DNA of 64,000 nucleotides, from NCBI GenBank assembly GCA_963692865.2, contig OY843592.1, forward strand, positions 1,984,001-2,048,000. Reading direction: 5' to 3'. Of this stretch, positions 10,740 to 19,366 are shown one piece after another. The position numbers were made by a program, and so were the translations under genes. Source of the DNA: a bacterium. Lineage in GTDB: Bacteria; UBA8248. Numbering within the stretch: the stretch's first letter is position 1; every line of letters starts with the position of its first letter. The notes under the pieces were generated by a model. The model worked only from the letters and a program-made list of their open reading frames with translations. It made no database searches and was not told where the DNA came from.

Positions 10740-11447
10740 ATGAAAGCGAGGGATGCAGGCGCCGGGACGGATAACGGCGACGGCGTGAAGGCCGAAGCAG
10801 AAGCGAAGGCGGAGGGCCGCGCGGAAGAGGAAGCCAAAGAGAAGCCGCGCGTCGTGGACAGGCGGCGCGTCCGCGAAGACGGCGAGATGAGCGAGGACGG
10901 CGCCGAAGCGGCGGAGGAGACCCCTCGCGTGCCCGCCTACGTGGAGCAGCTCCAGGCGAAGGTCGCCGCCGCCGAGGAGAAGTTCAAGGAATATGTCGAG
11001 AAGATCGACAAGGATACGGCCGATTTCAGGGCGCGCCAGGAGCGCGAAATGGAGCGCAGGACCGAGGAGGTGAAAAAACAGGCGGTCTCGGGTTTTCTGG
11101 GCATCGCCGACGATCTGGCGCGCGCCACGGCGGCCGTGGACAGCGGAGTCTCTCAGGCGGATAAAGGAAGCGCGCTGGATACCCTCGTGCAGGGGGTGCG
11201 GATGATTCAGGGCCGGTTCTTTCAGGAACTCTCGAATCTGGGCGTGGAGCCCCTCTCGGCGATGGACGTCGCCTTCAATCCCGAGGAGCACGAGGCGGTG
11301 CGCATGGTCGAGGTGGACGACGAGGCGCAGGACGGCGTGGTGGTGGAGGAGTTGGCCTGCGGCTACAAGCTGGGCGATGCGGTATTGAGGCCCGCGCGCG
11401 TCTCGGTGGGCAAGTACGCCGGCCGGCAGCCGGACGCGCGCCCTTGA
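10740..11447 (+). CDS. grpE: Nucleotide exchange factor GrpE
   Basis: Coiled coil, DDLARA, FNPEEHEAV and GYKLGDAVLRPARVSV. Confidence 0.93.
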   Translation: MKARDAGAGTDNGDGVKAEAEAKAEGRAEEEAKEKPRVVDRRRVREDGEMSEDGAEAAEETPRVPAYVEQLQAKVAAAEEKFKEYVEKIDKDTADFRARQEREMERRTEEVKKQAVSGFLGIADDLARATAAVDSGVSQADKGSALDTLVQGVRMIQGRFFQELSNLGVEPLSAMDVAFNPEEHEAVRMVEVDDEAQDGVVVEELACGYKLGDAVLRPARVSVGKYAGRQPDARP

Positions 11448-11506
11448 ACCGGATGCGCCCTCATAGTATCTTCGCGTGTTTTCGATTTTAGGTGCGGAAG
11501 GAAAGC

Positions 11507-12655
11507 ATGAGCAAGCGTGACTACTACGAAGTGCTGGGCGTGGGCCGCGAAGCGGGCGACGCCGAGATCAAGAAGGCGTATCGCACGCTCGCGATGAAGC
11601 ATCACCCGGACCGCAACCCGGGCGATGCGAAGGCGGAGGCGTTGTTCAAGGAAGCCTCCGAGGCCTACCAGGTGCTGAGCGAACCCGAGAAGAGGAGCGC
11701 CTACGATCGCTTCGGCCACGACGGGCTTCGGGGGATGGGGCATCAGGGGTTTTCGAGTTTCGACGATATCTTCTCCTCGTTCGGGGATATTTTCGGGGAT
11801 TTGTTCGGCGGCGTGTTCGCTGGCTCTCGCGCGCGCCGCGACGGGCCGCGCCAGGGCCGGGACCTCGCCTACCAGATGGAGATGACGTTCGAGGAGGCGG
11901 CTGCGGGCGTCGAACGCGAGATCGAGTTCGAACGCCCCGTGGAATGCGTCTATTGCGGCGGCAGCGGGGCCAAGTCGCCCGATGCGATTCGCGAGTGCCC
12001 GTCCTGCGGCGGCAGCGGCCAGATGTCCTACCGCCAGGGTTTCATGACCTATTCCACCACCTGCTCGGATTGCGGCGGCGCGGGCCGTCGAATCACGGAG
12101 CATTGCGAGGAATGCAGTGGCGCCGGACGCCGCCTGGAGCAGAGGAAAGTGAAGGTGAAGATTCCCCCCGGCGTGGACGAGGACGCCCGGCTGCGCCTTC
12201 GCGAAGAGGGGGAGGGAGGCGCCAAAGGCGGGCCGGCGGGCGATTTGTTCGTCGTCGTCTCCCTGCTCGCGCATGAAGAGTTCGAGCGCAACGGGGCGGA
12301 CGTGGCGAGCCAGGTGTACGTTACGTTCTCGCAGGCGGCGCTGGGCGACACGGTGAAGGTGAGGACGCTCCATGGAGAATCCGAGCTCGATATTCCCAAA
12401 GGGGTGCAGTCCTCGGACGTTCTCAGGCTGAGGGGCGAGGGATTCCAGCGTCTCGGCAGGAAAGGGCGCGGCGATCACATGTTTTTGGTTCACGTCCGGA
12501 CGCCGACGAAATTGACGCCGGACGAAGAAAGGCTCTTTGGCGAATTGTCGGAAATCGAACGTGGAAAGGCGGAGAAGAACGGGGCCGGAGGAGTCAAGGA
12601 AAACGGCGCCGGGAAAAAAGGCATTCTCGATAAGTTGGGTTCCCTTTGGGGATGA
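11507..12655 (+). CDS. dnaJ: Molecular chaperone DnaJ
   Basis: HPD J domain and four CxxCxGxG zinc-finger repeats. Confidence 0.97.
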   Translation: MSKRDYYEVLGVGREAGDAEIKKAYRTLAMKHHPDRNPGDAKAEALFKEASEAYQVLSEPEKRSAYDRFGHDGLRGMGHQGFSSFDDIFSSFGDIFGDLFGGVFAGSRARRDGPRQGRDLAYQMEMTFEEAAAGVEREIEFERPVECVYCGGSGAKSPDAIRECPSCGGSGQMSYRQGFMTYSTTCSDCGGAGRRITEHCEECSGAGRRLEQRKVKVKIPPGVDEDARLRLREEGEGGAKGGPAGDLFVVVSLLAHEEFERNGADVASQVYVTFSQAALGDTVKVRTLHGESELDIPKGVQSSDVLRLRGEGFQRLGRKGRGDHMFLVHVRTPTKLTPDEERLFGELSEIERGKAEKNGAGGVKENGAGKKGILDKLGSLWG

Positions 12656-12718
12656 GCGCCCATTCGGGCGAATCGGGAAGAGACGGCGCCGGATAGCACG
12701 GGCGCCGGAGGGGTAGCG

Positions 12719-13243
12719 ATGGAAGACGAAAACGTAGAGAACAAGGGATTCAAGGTTTCCGACCGGAGATTCTCCGTGCGGGGATACGTGGATGAAGAAT
12801 CGCCTGCTTCGGGAGGAGAGGAGCAGGCGCTCTCCCCTGAGCCGGCGGATGAAGACACAGCGCCGGAGTCCGGCGCGTTTTCCGCCGGGCCCGAAGCGGT
12901 GGAGACGTCTCCGCCCCCGCCCACTGAGGATCCGGAGCCTGTGGCCGAAATGCAGGCCGAGCCTTCGGGCGAGGAGACGGAAGAGGACGAGGGGGAAGAC
13001 AAGAGCTTCGAGATGCTCATCGCCATCGTTCAGCAAAACGCCCTGGCGGCGATGGGCATTCATCCGCAGACGGGTGAACGCATAGGGGCCGCGGATCCGC
13101 GAAGCTCCAAACTTTTCGTCGATTTGTTCGCCGCCCTCAAGGAGAAGACGGAAGGCAATCTCACTCAGGAGGAGGAGCATCTTCTGAGTCAGGTTCACTC
13201 CGATTTGCAAATGATATATGTTCGGGAGGTTGGGTTCGGGTAG
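12719..13243 (+). CDS. DUF1844 domain protein
   Basis: Acidic disordered N-terminus, then AMG..HPQTG...LKEKTEGNLTQEEE.LL...L.M.YV; family recalled from memory. Confidence 0.8.
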   Translation: MEDENVENKGFKVSDRRFSVRGYVDEESPASGGEEQALSPEPADEDTAPESGAFSAGPEAVETSPPPPTEDPEPVAEMQAEPSGEETEEDEGEDKSFEMLIAIVQQNALAAMGIHPQTGERIGAADPRSSKLFVDLFAALKEKTEGNLTQEEEHLLSQVHSDLQMIYVREVGFG

Positions 13244-13324
13244 GTCCGAGGGGTCGGCGAGGCGCCCGATCTGGTGCGCGTCATCCCCAATCGCACTTTT
13301 TGTTTCCTTCATGCGGGAGATAAT

Positions 13325-13600
13325 ATGGCCGTGTCCACGTCTTATGACGAGATGTTCGAAGAAGCGCTCGGTGTCGTCAAGAATCGCTTTTTGCTTTCGG
13401 TGCTGCTCGCCAAGCGGGTGGCCCAGCTCAGACGGGGCGCGGAGCCTCTGGTCGCCTCACAGTCCAACGAGACGCCCGAGCAGATCGTGTTTCGCGAGAT
13501 TATCGAAGAAAAACTGGAGTGGCGAAAGACCGCGTCGGCTCTTGATTTGACCGATATCGATCAGGGGTTCATGGATGGCGGGTTCGACGACGAGGCGTAG
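13325..13600 (+). CDS. rpoZ: RNA polymerase omega subunit
   Basis: NRFLLSVLLAKRVAQLRRGAEPLV...EI motif. Confidence 0.9.
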   Translation: MAVSTSYDEMFEEALGVVKNRFLLSVLLAKRVAQLRRGAEPLVASQSNETPEQIVFREIIEEKLEWRKTASALDLTDIDQGFMDGGFDDEA

Positions 13601-13623
13601 TTTCGCCTGAAGACTCACGCCGG

Positions 13624-13655
13624 CCGCTGCCCGAGCCATCGGGCAGCGGTTTTTT
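13624..13655 (+). terminator. Rho-independent terminator after rpoZ
   Basis: CCGCTGCCCGA-GCCA-TCGGGCAGCGG followed by TTTTTT. Confidence 0.85.
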
Positions 13656-14805
13656 ATCGCTCCTTGAGGAACGCCCCCACTCTTTCGAGGCCGGCTTCGA
13701 TGTTTTCGACCGAGTTGCAGTAGGAGAACCGGAGGAACCCTTCTCCCCCGGGGCCGAAATCCGCTCCCGGCGCCACGGCCACGCCGGTGGCTTCCAGGAT
13801 CTCCCTGGCCAGTTCCAGACTGTCCGTCCCGTAGGCGCGCGCGTCGGCGAAGGCGTAGAACGCGCCCGTCGGTTCGTGGCGCATTTCGAGGCCGATATCC
13901 TCGAGGCGTGCGAGCATGATTTTGCGCCTTTCGTCATATATGCCGCGCATGCGCTCCGCCTCGGGCAGGCCTTCTTTCAGAGCGGCGATCGCCGCGTGCT
14001 GGACGAAGGAGTTGGGCGAGACGAAATAGTTCTGCTGCAGTATCTCCAGCGGGCGGACGTATTCGGGGGGCGCGATGAGATAGCCGACGCGCCAGCCCGT
14101 CATGGCGAAATACTTCGAGAAACCGTTGATGACGAAACAATCCTCCGTGAACTGGAGCGCCGTGTATTCCGCATCCTCGTAGCTGAGTCCGTGATAAATC
14201 TCGTCCGAGACGACGGGAACGCCCAGTTCGGCGAGCGCCGCCATGTCCCCTCGCGAGAGCAGAGCGCCCGTGGGATTGGACGGCGAGTTGACGAGGACGG
14301 CCCTGGTTTTCGGGGAAAGAAAGCCGCGAACGGCCTCGGCCTTGAGCGCGAAGCCCTCCTCGGCGCGGGTGGGAACCCGCACGGGTTTGCCGCAGGCGGA
14401 GAGGATGAAGGCCGGGTAGCAGGCGTAGTGGGGATCCGAGATGATGATTTCATCGCCCGCATCGACGAGAACGGAGAATAGCATCAGCAGGCCCGGGCTC
14501 GTGCCGTTCGTCACCACCACGCGCTCGGGCGATACGGAGACGCCGTATTTTTGGTCGTAAAAATCCGCTATCGCCTCGCGCAGTTCGGGAACGCCCAACG
14601 CCGCCGTGTAGTGGGTGTGGCCGGCGCGCAGGGCGGCTTCGGCGGCGCGGGTGATGACCCCGGGCGTGTCGAAATCGGGCTCCCCCACTTCCAGGTGGAT
14701 CACCTCGCGGCCCTGCGCCTCCAGTTGATGGGCGCGCTCCATGATGTCCATCACCAGGAAGGGCTCGATGCCCGATATGCGCGCCGGTATGGAGAATGGC
14801 TTCAT
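13654..14805 (-). CDS. PLP-dependent class I/II aminotransferase
   Basis: GEPDFDT, NSPSNPTG, SDEIY and GFSKYFAMTGWRVG. Confidence 0.95.
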   Translation of the reverse strand: MKPFSIPARISGIEPFLVMDIMERAHQLEAQGREVIHLEVGEPDFDTPGVITRAAEAALRAGHTHYTAALGVPELREAIADFYDQKYGVSVSPERVVVTNGTSPGLLMLFSVLVDAGDEIIISDPHYACYPAFILSACGKPVRVPTRAEEGFALKAEAVRGFLSPKTRAVLVNSPSNPTGALLSRGDMAALAELGVPVVSDEIYHGLSYEDAEYTALQFTEDCFVINGFSKYFAMTGWRVGYLIAPPEYVRPLEILQQNYFVSPNSFVQHAAIAALKEGLPEAERMRGIYDERRKIMLARLEDIGLEMRHEPTGAFYAFADARAYGTDSLELAREILEATGVAVAPGADFGPGGEGFLRFSYCNSVENIEAGLERVGAFLKER

Positions 14806-14970
14806 GTTTTTCGACCTTTCAGTTCCTGGATGCGTTCAGGGTGGTTGATCACCCGAAAGGCTAGTAGTAAACTTGCTCCAACTCAAGGCGCTACACGAAT
14901 TTCGCGAAGGGAAATTGCCATCTCGGCTTTTCGCTTCTGAGCGGGCGGTTCCGAGAGAAGGGGCAGGTCT

Positions 14971-15264
14971 TTGACGAAAATCGACATCATCAACCTCGTG
15001 TCGGACGATACGGGCCTCAGCAAAGTGAAGGCGGAAGAAGCGGTAGAGATGATTATCCACACCATCAAGGAATCGCTCCAGAACGGGGAGTCCGTCATTC
15101 TCAGGCGTTTCGGCTCCTTCCAGGTGAGGGCGAAGAGCGCCCGCGTGGGACGCAACCCCAAGACGGGCCGGGAAGCGCCCATCAGCGCGCGCCGGGTGGT
15201 GCGCTTCAAGGCGGGCAAGCACTTCAAGGAAGCGGTGAACGGCGCCGACGTGAAGTTTCATTGA
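14971..15264 (+). CDS. HU/IHF family DNA-binding protein
   Basis: FGSFQVR...ARVGRNPKTG...VRFKAGK. Confidence 0.95.
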   Translation: MTKIDIINLVSDDTGLSKVKAEEAVEMIIHTIKESLQNGESVILRRFGSFQVRAKSARVGRNPKTGREAPISARRVVRFKAGKHFKEAVNGADVKFH

Positions 15265-15285
15265 TGCGGTGATTCTCCCGTTCGC

Positions 15286-16317
15286 CTAGCCTATCAGCAT
15301 GGCGTCCCCGTAGCTGTAGAACCGGTATCCCTCATCTATCGCCCGCGCGTATGCGCTCAATATTCTCTCCCTGCCCGCGAAGGCCGCCACGAGCATGAGC
15401 AGGGTCGATCGCGGCAGGTGGAAGTTGGTCAGCATCATGTCCACCATCTGAAACCGGAAGCCCGGCCGGATGAACAGGCGGGTGCTGGATTCCCCCGCCT
15501 GGAGCGTCCGGCCGCGCGCGGCCGCCTCGATATGTGCGGACTCCAGCGCCCGAACCACCGTTGTGCCCACGGCCAGGATGCGGCCGCCGCCCGCTTTGGC
15601 CTCGCGGATGGAGGCGACGGCCTCTTCGGGGAGAACGTAGCTTTCCGCGTCCATCTCGTGTTCTTCGACGTTTTCCGCCTGAACGGGCCGGAACGTGCCG
15701 GCACCCACGTGGAGGGTGAGTCTGGCGATGCGCGCGCCTGCGGCCGATACGTCTTCGAGCAGCGTTTCGCTCAGGTGGAGGCCCGCCGTGGGCGCGGCGA
15801 CGGCGCCGGGGTTCCGGGCGAAAACGGTCTGGTAGCGCTCCTTGTCGACCGCCTCTGCGCTCCTGCCCAGATAGGGCGGAATCGGCATCTCCCCGAAGGA
15901 TTCCAGCCATTCGAGAAGACCGTCCGGTGCGGAGAATTCGAGTTCTCTCTCAAGCCCCTGCGGCCCGAGCGTGGCGCGGTGCGCCTCGTCGAAGACGATA
16001 CTTTCGCCCTCGGGCAGGGGGCGGTTGGCGCGCGCCATGGCGCGGAATTTTCCGGGGGCGAGCTGTTTGAGCAGCAGGACCTCCACCCGGCCGCCGCTCT
16101 CCCGCCTGCCGTGAATCCGCCACGGGTTGACCTTCGTGTCGTTGATGACGAGCAGATCCCCCGGACTTAAGTAACGCGGCAGGTCGTTTATCTTGAGATG
16201 CGCGAGCGCCTCATTCTCCCTGGGCAGATGGAGAAGCCTCGCGTCCTCCCGGCTCGGCGGCGGATACCGGGCGATGAGGTTCCGGGGCAGGTGATAGTCG
16301 AAGTCGTCGAGTTTCAT
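15286..16317 (-). CDS. queA: SAM:tRNA ribosyltransferase-isomerase QueA
   Basis: MKLDDFDY start; GAVAAPTAGLH, TLHVGAGTF, TNFHLPRSTL and YRFYSYGDAM. Confidence 0.97.
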   Translation of the reverse strand: MKLDDFDYHLPRNLIARYPPPSREDARLLHLPRENEALAHLKINDLPRYLSPGDLLVINDTKVNPWRIHGRRESGGRVEVLLLKQLAPGKFRAMARANRPLPEGESIVFDEAHRATLGPQGLERELEFSAPDGLLEWLESFGEMPIPPYLGRSAEAVDKERYQTVFARNPGAVAAPTAGLHLSETLLEDVSAAGARIARLTLHVGAGTFRPVQAENVEEHEMDAESYVLPEEAVASIREAKAGGGRILAVGTTVVRALESAHIEAAARGRTLQAGESSTRLFIRPGFRFQMVDMMLTNFHLPRSTLLMLVAAFAGRERILSAYARAIDEGYRFYSYGDAMLIG

Positions 16318-16361
16318 GCGTCTCACGCTCTGCGCGGAATTCTTTCGGAACGGCGCCCGAA

Positions 16362-17213
16362 CTAGCCTTCTTCGTCCGCTCCGCCCGGGCGGGACGAGAC
16401 GGCGGACTCTTCTGCTCCGTCTTTTGCCCCCGGATGAAGGAGTTTCCATATCGCCTGGCGCAGAACGCCCCGCATCACCCGGACCTCCCTCTCGTCCGGC
16501 CCCAGCCTGTCGAGCATCTTCCGGAACGTGCGGGCCACGCGGTTCGGGTCGTTGTGGGGGGTGAAGCCTATCTGCTCCATGGATTCGAGCAGGTGATCCA
16601 CCAGTCCCTCGATTTCCTCGCGCGATGCGGGCTCATGTTCATTCGCGCGCTCGCGCTTCGCATCGGCCGCCCCGGTCGGGGCGGTGGACTGGTTCCGGCA
16701 GAACAACTCCCACAGGACGAGCAGCACCGCCTGGGAGAGGTTGAACGATTCGCCGCCCGGCAGCGCCGGGATGAGGAGCCTCTCCTGGCACAGGCTCAAC
16801 TCCTCGGTGAACAGGCCCTTGTCCTCCTGCCCGAACACGAGGCCGACCTTCACCCCCGATGCGCGCGCGAGCAGGGCGCCCGCATCCTCTCTCGGGCGCA
16901 TGGTGGGCTGTCGTTTCCTGCCGAGGCGCCTCGACGTGCCCACCAGCCAGCCGCAATCGTGAGAGGCCTCGCGGAGGCCGGCGAAATGCTTCGCGCCCGC
17001 CAGCAGGGGCTGCGCGTTCATGGCCATCGAGCGCGCCTCCACGCTCTTGACGTCGCACCGCGGCGAGACGAGGCGCAGGTCCGACAGGCCGAAGTGCGAC
17101 ATGACGCGCGCGATGGCGCCCACGTTGCGCGCGCCCCGAGGCCGCACGAGGATGACGGCGAAATCGGCGTTTTCTTCCAAAGAGACGGGTTCATCCATGA
17201 GGTGCATCACCAT
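16362..17213 (-). CDS. trmJ: SPOUT tRNA/rRNA methyltransferase (TrmJ/LasT family)
   Basis: NVGAIARVM..FG, VFGQEDKGL and SFNLSQAV. Confidence 0.88.
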   Translation of the reverse strand: MVMHLMDEPVSLEENADFAVILVRPRGARNVGAIARVMSHFGLSDLRLVSPRCDVKSVEARSMAMNAQPLLAGAKHFAGLREASHDCGWLVGTSRRLGRKRQPTMRPREDAGALLARASGVKVGLVFGQEDKGLFTEELSLCQERLLIPALPGGESFNLSQAVLLVLWELFCRNQSTAPTGAADAKRERANEHEPASREEIEGLVDHLLESMEQIGFTPHNDPNRVARTFRKMLDRLGPDEREVRVMRGVLRQAIWKLLHPGAKDGAEESAVSSRPGGADEEG

Positions 17214-17382
17214 CTTGCGGAAACATGAATTTGACGGCTCACCCGCTCAAGGGACAGCATTCGCCATGCACTCCGGCGCGGGCTTCGCTCTTTCCTCCTC
17301 ATAGCACGAAGAAGCCCGGCCTGTCATAAACGAATCGGGTGTGAGCGCCGGATTTCGGGCGAATCGGCACATCGGACCCCGC

Positions 17383-17807
17383 GGGGTTATTGAAAAACCC
17401 GATATTGGGAGCGGACGAGTTCCCTTCGTCTTGCCCCGCCGCCGTACCGGCCTCACCCTGAGTAGCCGCCGTAGGCGGCGTATCGAAGGGTGCTCACGGG
17501 TTCGCAAATCGCCCCTGCACCGCCTCGACCCGTAGGTTACCGTCATTCCGGCGAAAGCCGGAATCCATTTTGACTTTGCCTTTTCGTCTCTTTCGCGTTC
17601 TCACCCCGCACGTCGTTTTGGTCGTATGCCTGTTGTAGGTCGGACATATATGTCCGACATATATGCGGCCCATGACAGGCGGCGAAAAAGGCCGGGTCGC
17701 ATGTATGCGTGGGACAACCCCAAGGAGGGGTTGTCACCTACAAAATCAACTCCTTTCGCCATACCCTACGCGTCAAACGCGATCGCATCGGGATTTGCAA
17801 TAACCCC
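17383..17807. repeat. Composite intergenic repeat mosaic
   Basis: Degenerate ends GGGGTTATTGAAAAA...TTGCAATAACCCC enclosing CCTCACCCTGAGTAG, GTCATTCCGGCGAAAGCCGGAATCC and GTCGGACATATATGTCCGAC modules. Confidence 0.8.
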
Positions 17808-17881
17808 TTTGGCCGCCGGGTTCGCGCCGAGACCCGCTGGGCGGTGTCATCCGGTCCGTTTTGGCGTAATATGGACGCGCT

Positions 17882-18274
17882 ATGAGTTCCGACATCACGC
17901 GCACATTCGAACGAGGCAACCTGCACGAGCTGGCGGAATTTCTCGTGACGCCCGCCCGCTCGGGCATATTCCTGACGAGAAGCCGCATCCGCTCTCTTGC
18001 GGGGGAGATGGGCCTGCGCGCGGGCGTTCAGAACCGCGCCAGAATGCTGGAGAACCTCTTTCGAGAGGCCGGTTCGGACGGCCGGGTGCAGGAGTTGCTC
18101 GGGCGTATCGACGGGGTGGCGGCGGAGAACCTCGCCCGCTACCGCGCCTGGTCGAAGGCGTGCCCGCCCTCAAAAGCAGCGTGGCGCGAGTGGGGGAAGA
18201 AAACGCGGGAATTGAGGCGCCACCTCGCGCAGGCCCAGAAGTGGGCGCGCGCGATGAAAGAGGACGCCTCATAG
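17882..18274 (+). CDS. Hypothetical protein (130 aa, predicted helical)
   Basis: Non-overlapping ORF with host-like codon usage between two repeat mosaics. Confidence 0.7.
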   Translation: MSSDITRTFERGNLHELAEFLVTPARSGIFLTRSRIRSLAGEMGLRAGVQNRARMLENLFREAGSDGRVQELLGRIDGVAAENLARYRAWSKACPPSKAAWREWGKKTRELRRHLAQAQKWARAMKEDAS

Positions 18275-18663
18275 GGCTGTTGAACAATTCCAATGCGGGA
18301 GGGTTTAACCCGACCGGCGCGGCGGCGAGTTTCGGGGACCCCCGAACCCTCATCCTGAGTAGGCGCGTAAGCGCCGTATCGAAGGTTTGACCCGACCGGA
18401 GAGGAAGGGTCAAAAGACGCATCTCTCCGGCGGGCGCGAAATTCGCCCTTCGATGCGCCGCCTTCGGCGGCTACTCAGGGTGAGGAAGGTGGGGAGGAGG
18501 CGGAGCCTGCCCCGAGCGAAGTCGAGGGAGCCTGTCCTGAGCCTGCCGAAGGGTCGCTACTCAGGGTGAGGCGGAGCGGCGGGCGACGCAGGGCGAGGAG
18601 GGGTATTGCGCCGCATTTGCCGCCTGCAATTGCAGGGGCCGCCTATGGGGTTTTCAACAACCC
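18275..18663. mobile_element. MITE-like element with degenerate 8-bp target duplication
   Basis: Ends GGCTGTTGA...TCAACAACCC; flanks CCTCATAG (18267-18274) and CTTCATAG (18664-18671). Confidence 0.7.
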
Positions 18664-18727
18664 CTTCATAGGCGGATTTTGGAGGGGCGGGAAAAATCCG
18701 CGCTGCCGGAATGGCCGCCCCTTTCCC

Positions 18728-19366
18728 CTAAAGTATCCCGGCGATGTATTTCCTGTCCGAGAAGGCGAATTCGCGTATCCATCCGGCGAGTTCGCGGTAG
18801 AGATGCGTTTCCGCGTCCTCTTCCATGCTCGAAGTGTAGACGGGCATCCAGCGCATGAGGTGCTCGTCCATGAACTTTGCGCTCGAACCCAGTTTCTCCC
18901 GCGCGAGGTCGGCGTCCCCATCCTCCCAGGCGTCCGCTTCTTCCGTGGCGAGCCGGGCCAGGAATTCGAGCTCCACGCTCAGGTGATCCATCGCCAGCAC
19001 GCTGGAATGGGCGAGGCCCTCGCTGCCCCGTCCGGGGTTGTAGCCGCATGCGCGGTAGAAATCGGCGACCGCATCGGTCCGCTTCGAGTTCAGGTGCCCG
19101 CTCTCGTCCGTCAGGGCGGCTTCGTAGGGAGGAGAGGAGAGCACGAACAGGTTCGTGAAATCGACCCTGAGTTTCCGGAGGGCTTCTTCGGTGGCCTCGA
19201 ATCCTTCGGGGAGGAGGAACGGGTAGTTCTCTCGCAGGAAACCGGCGAGTTCCGCGTCGAGCGGGTCGAGCATCGCCCGCGCCTGCACCCGGTAGAGTTG
19301 CGCGCGGAGCCTCGCCTGCTCGGCGTTTTCAGAGGGTGAGGCGCGGCGCTTCCAGCGGAGGCTCAT
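18728..19366 (-). CDS. TorD/DmsD family redox enzyme maturation chaperone
   Basis: ATG at 19366 overlaps the upstream stop; PPYEA, DHLSVELEFL and F..EHL..W motifs. Confidence 0.88.
   Translation of the reverse strand: MSLRWKRRASPSENAEQARLRAQLYRVQARAMLDPLDAELAGFLRENYPFLLPEGFEATEEALRKLRVDFTNLFVLSSPPYEAALTDESGHLNSKRTDAVADFYRACGYNPGRGSEGLAHSSVLAMDHLSVELEFLARLATEEADAWEDGDADLAREKLGSSAKFMDEHLMRWMPVYTSSMEEDAETHLYRELAGWIREFAFSDRKYIAGIL

Noticed and set aside
17247-17737. Short ORFs inside the repeats with recurring peptides (QTYMSD, WIPACAGMT, PSIRRLRRLLR)
   Set aside because: These are translations of palindromic DNA modules, with no RBS or codon-bias support.
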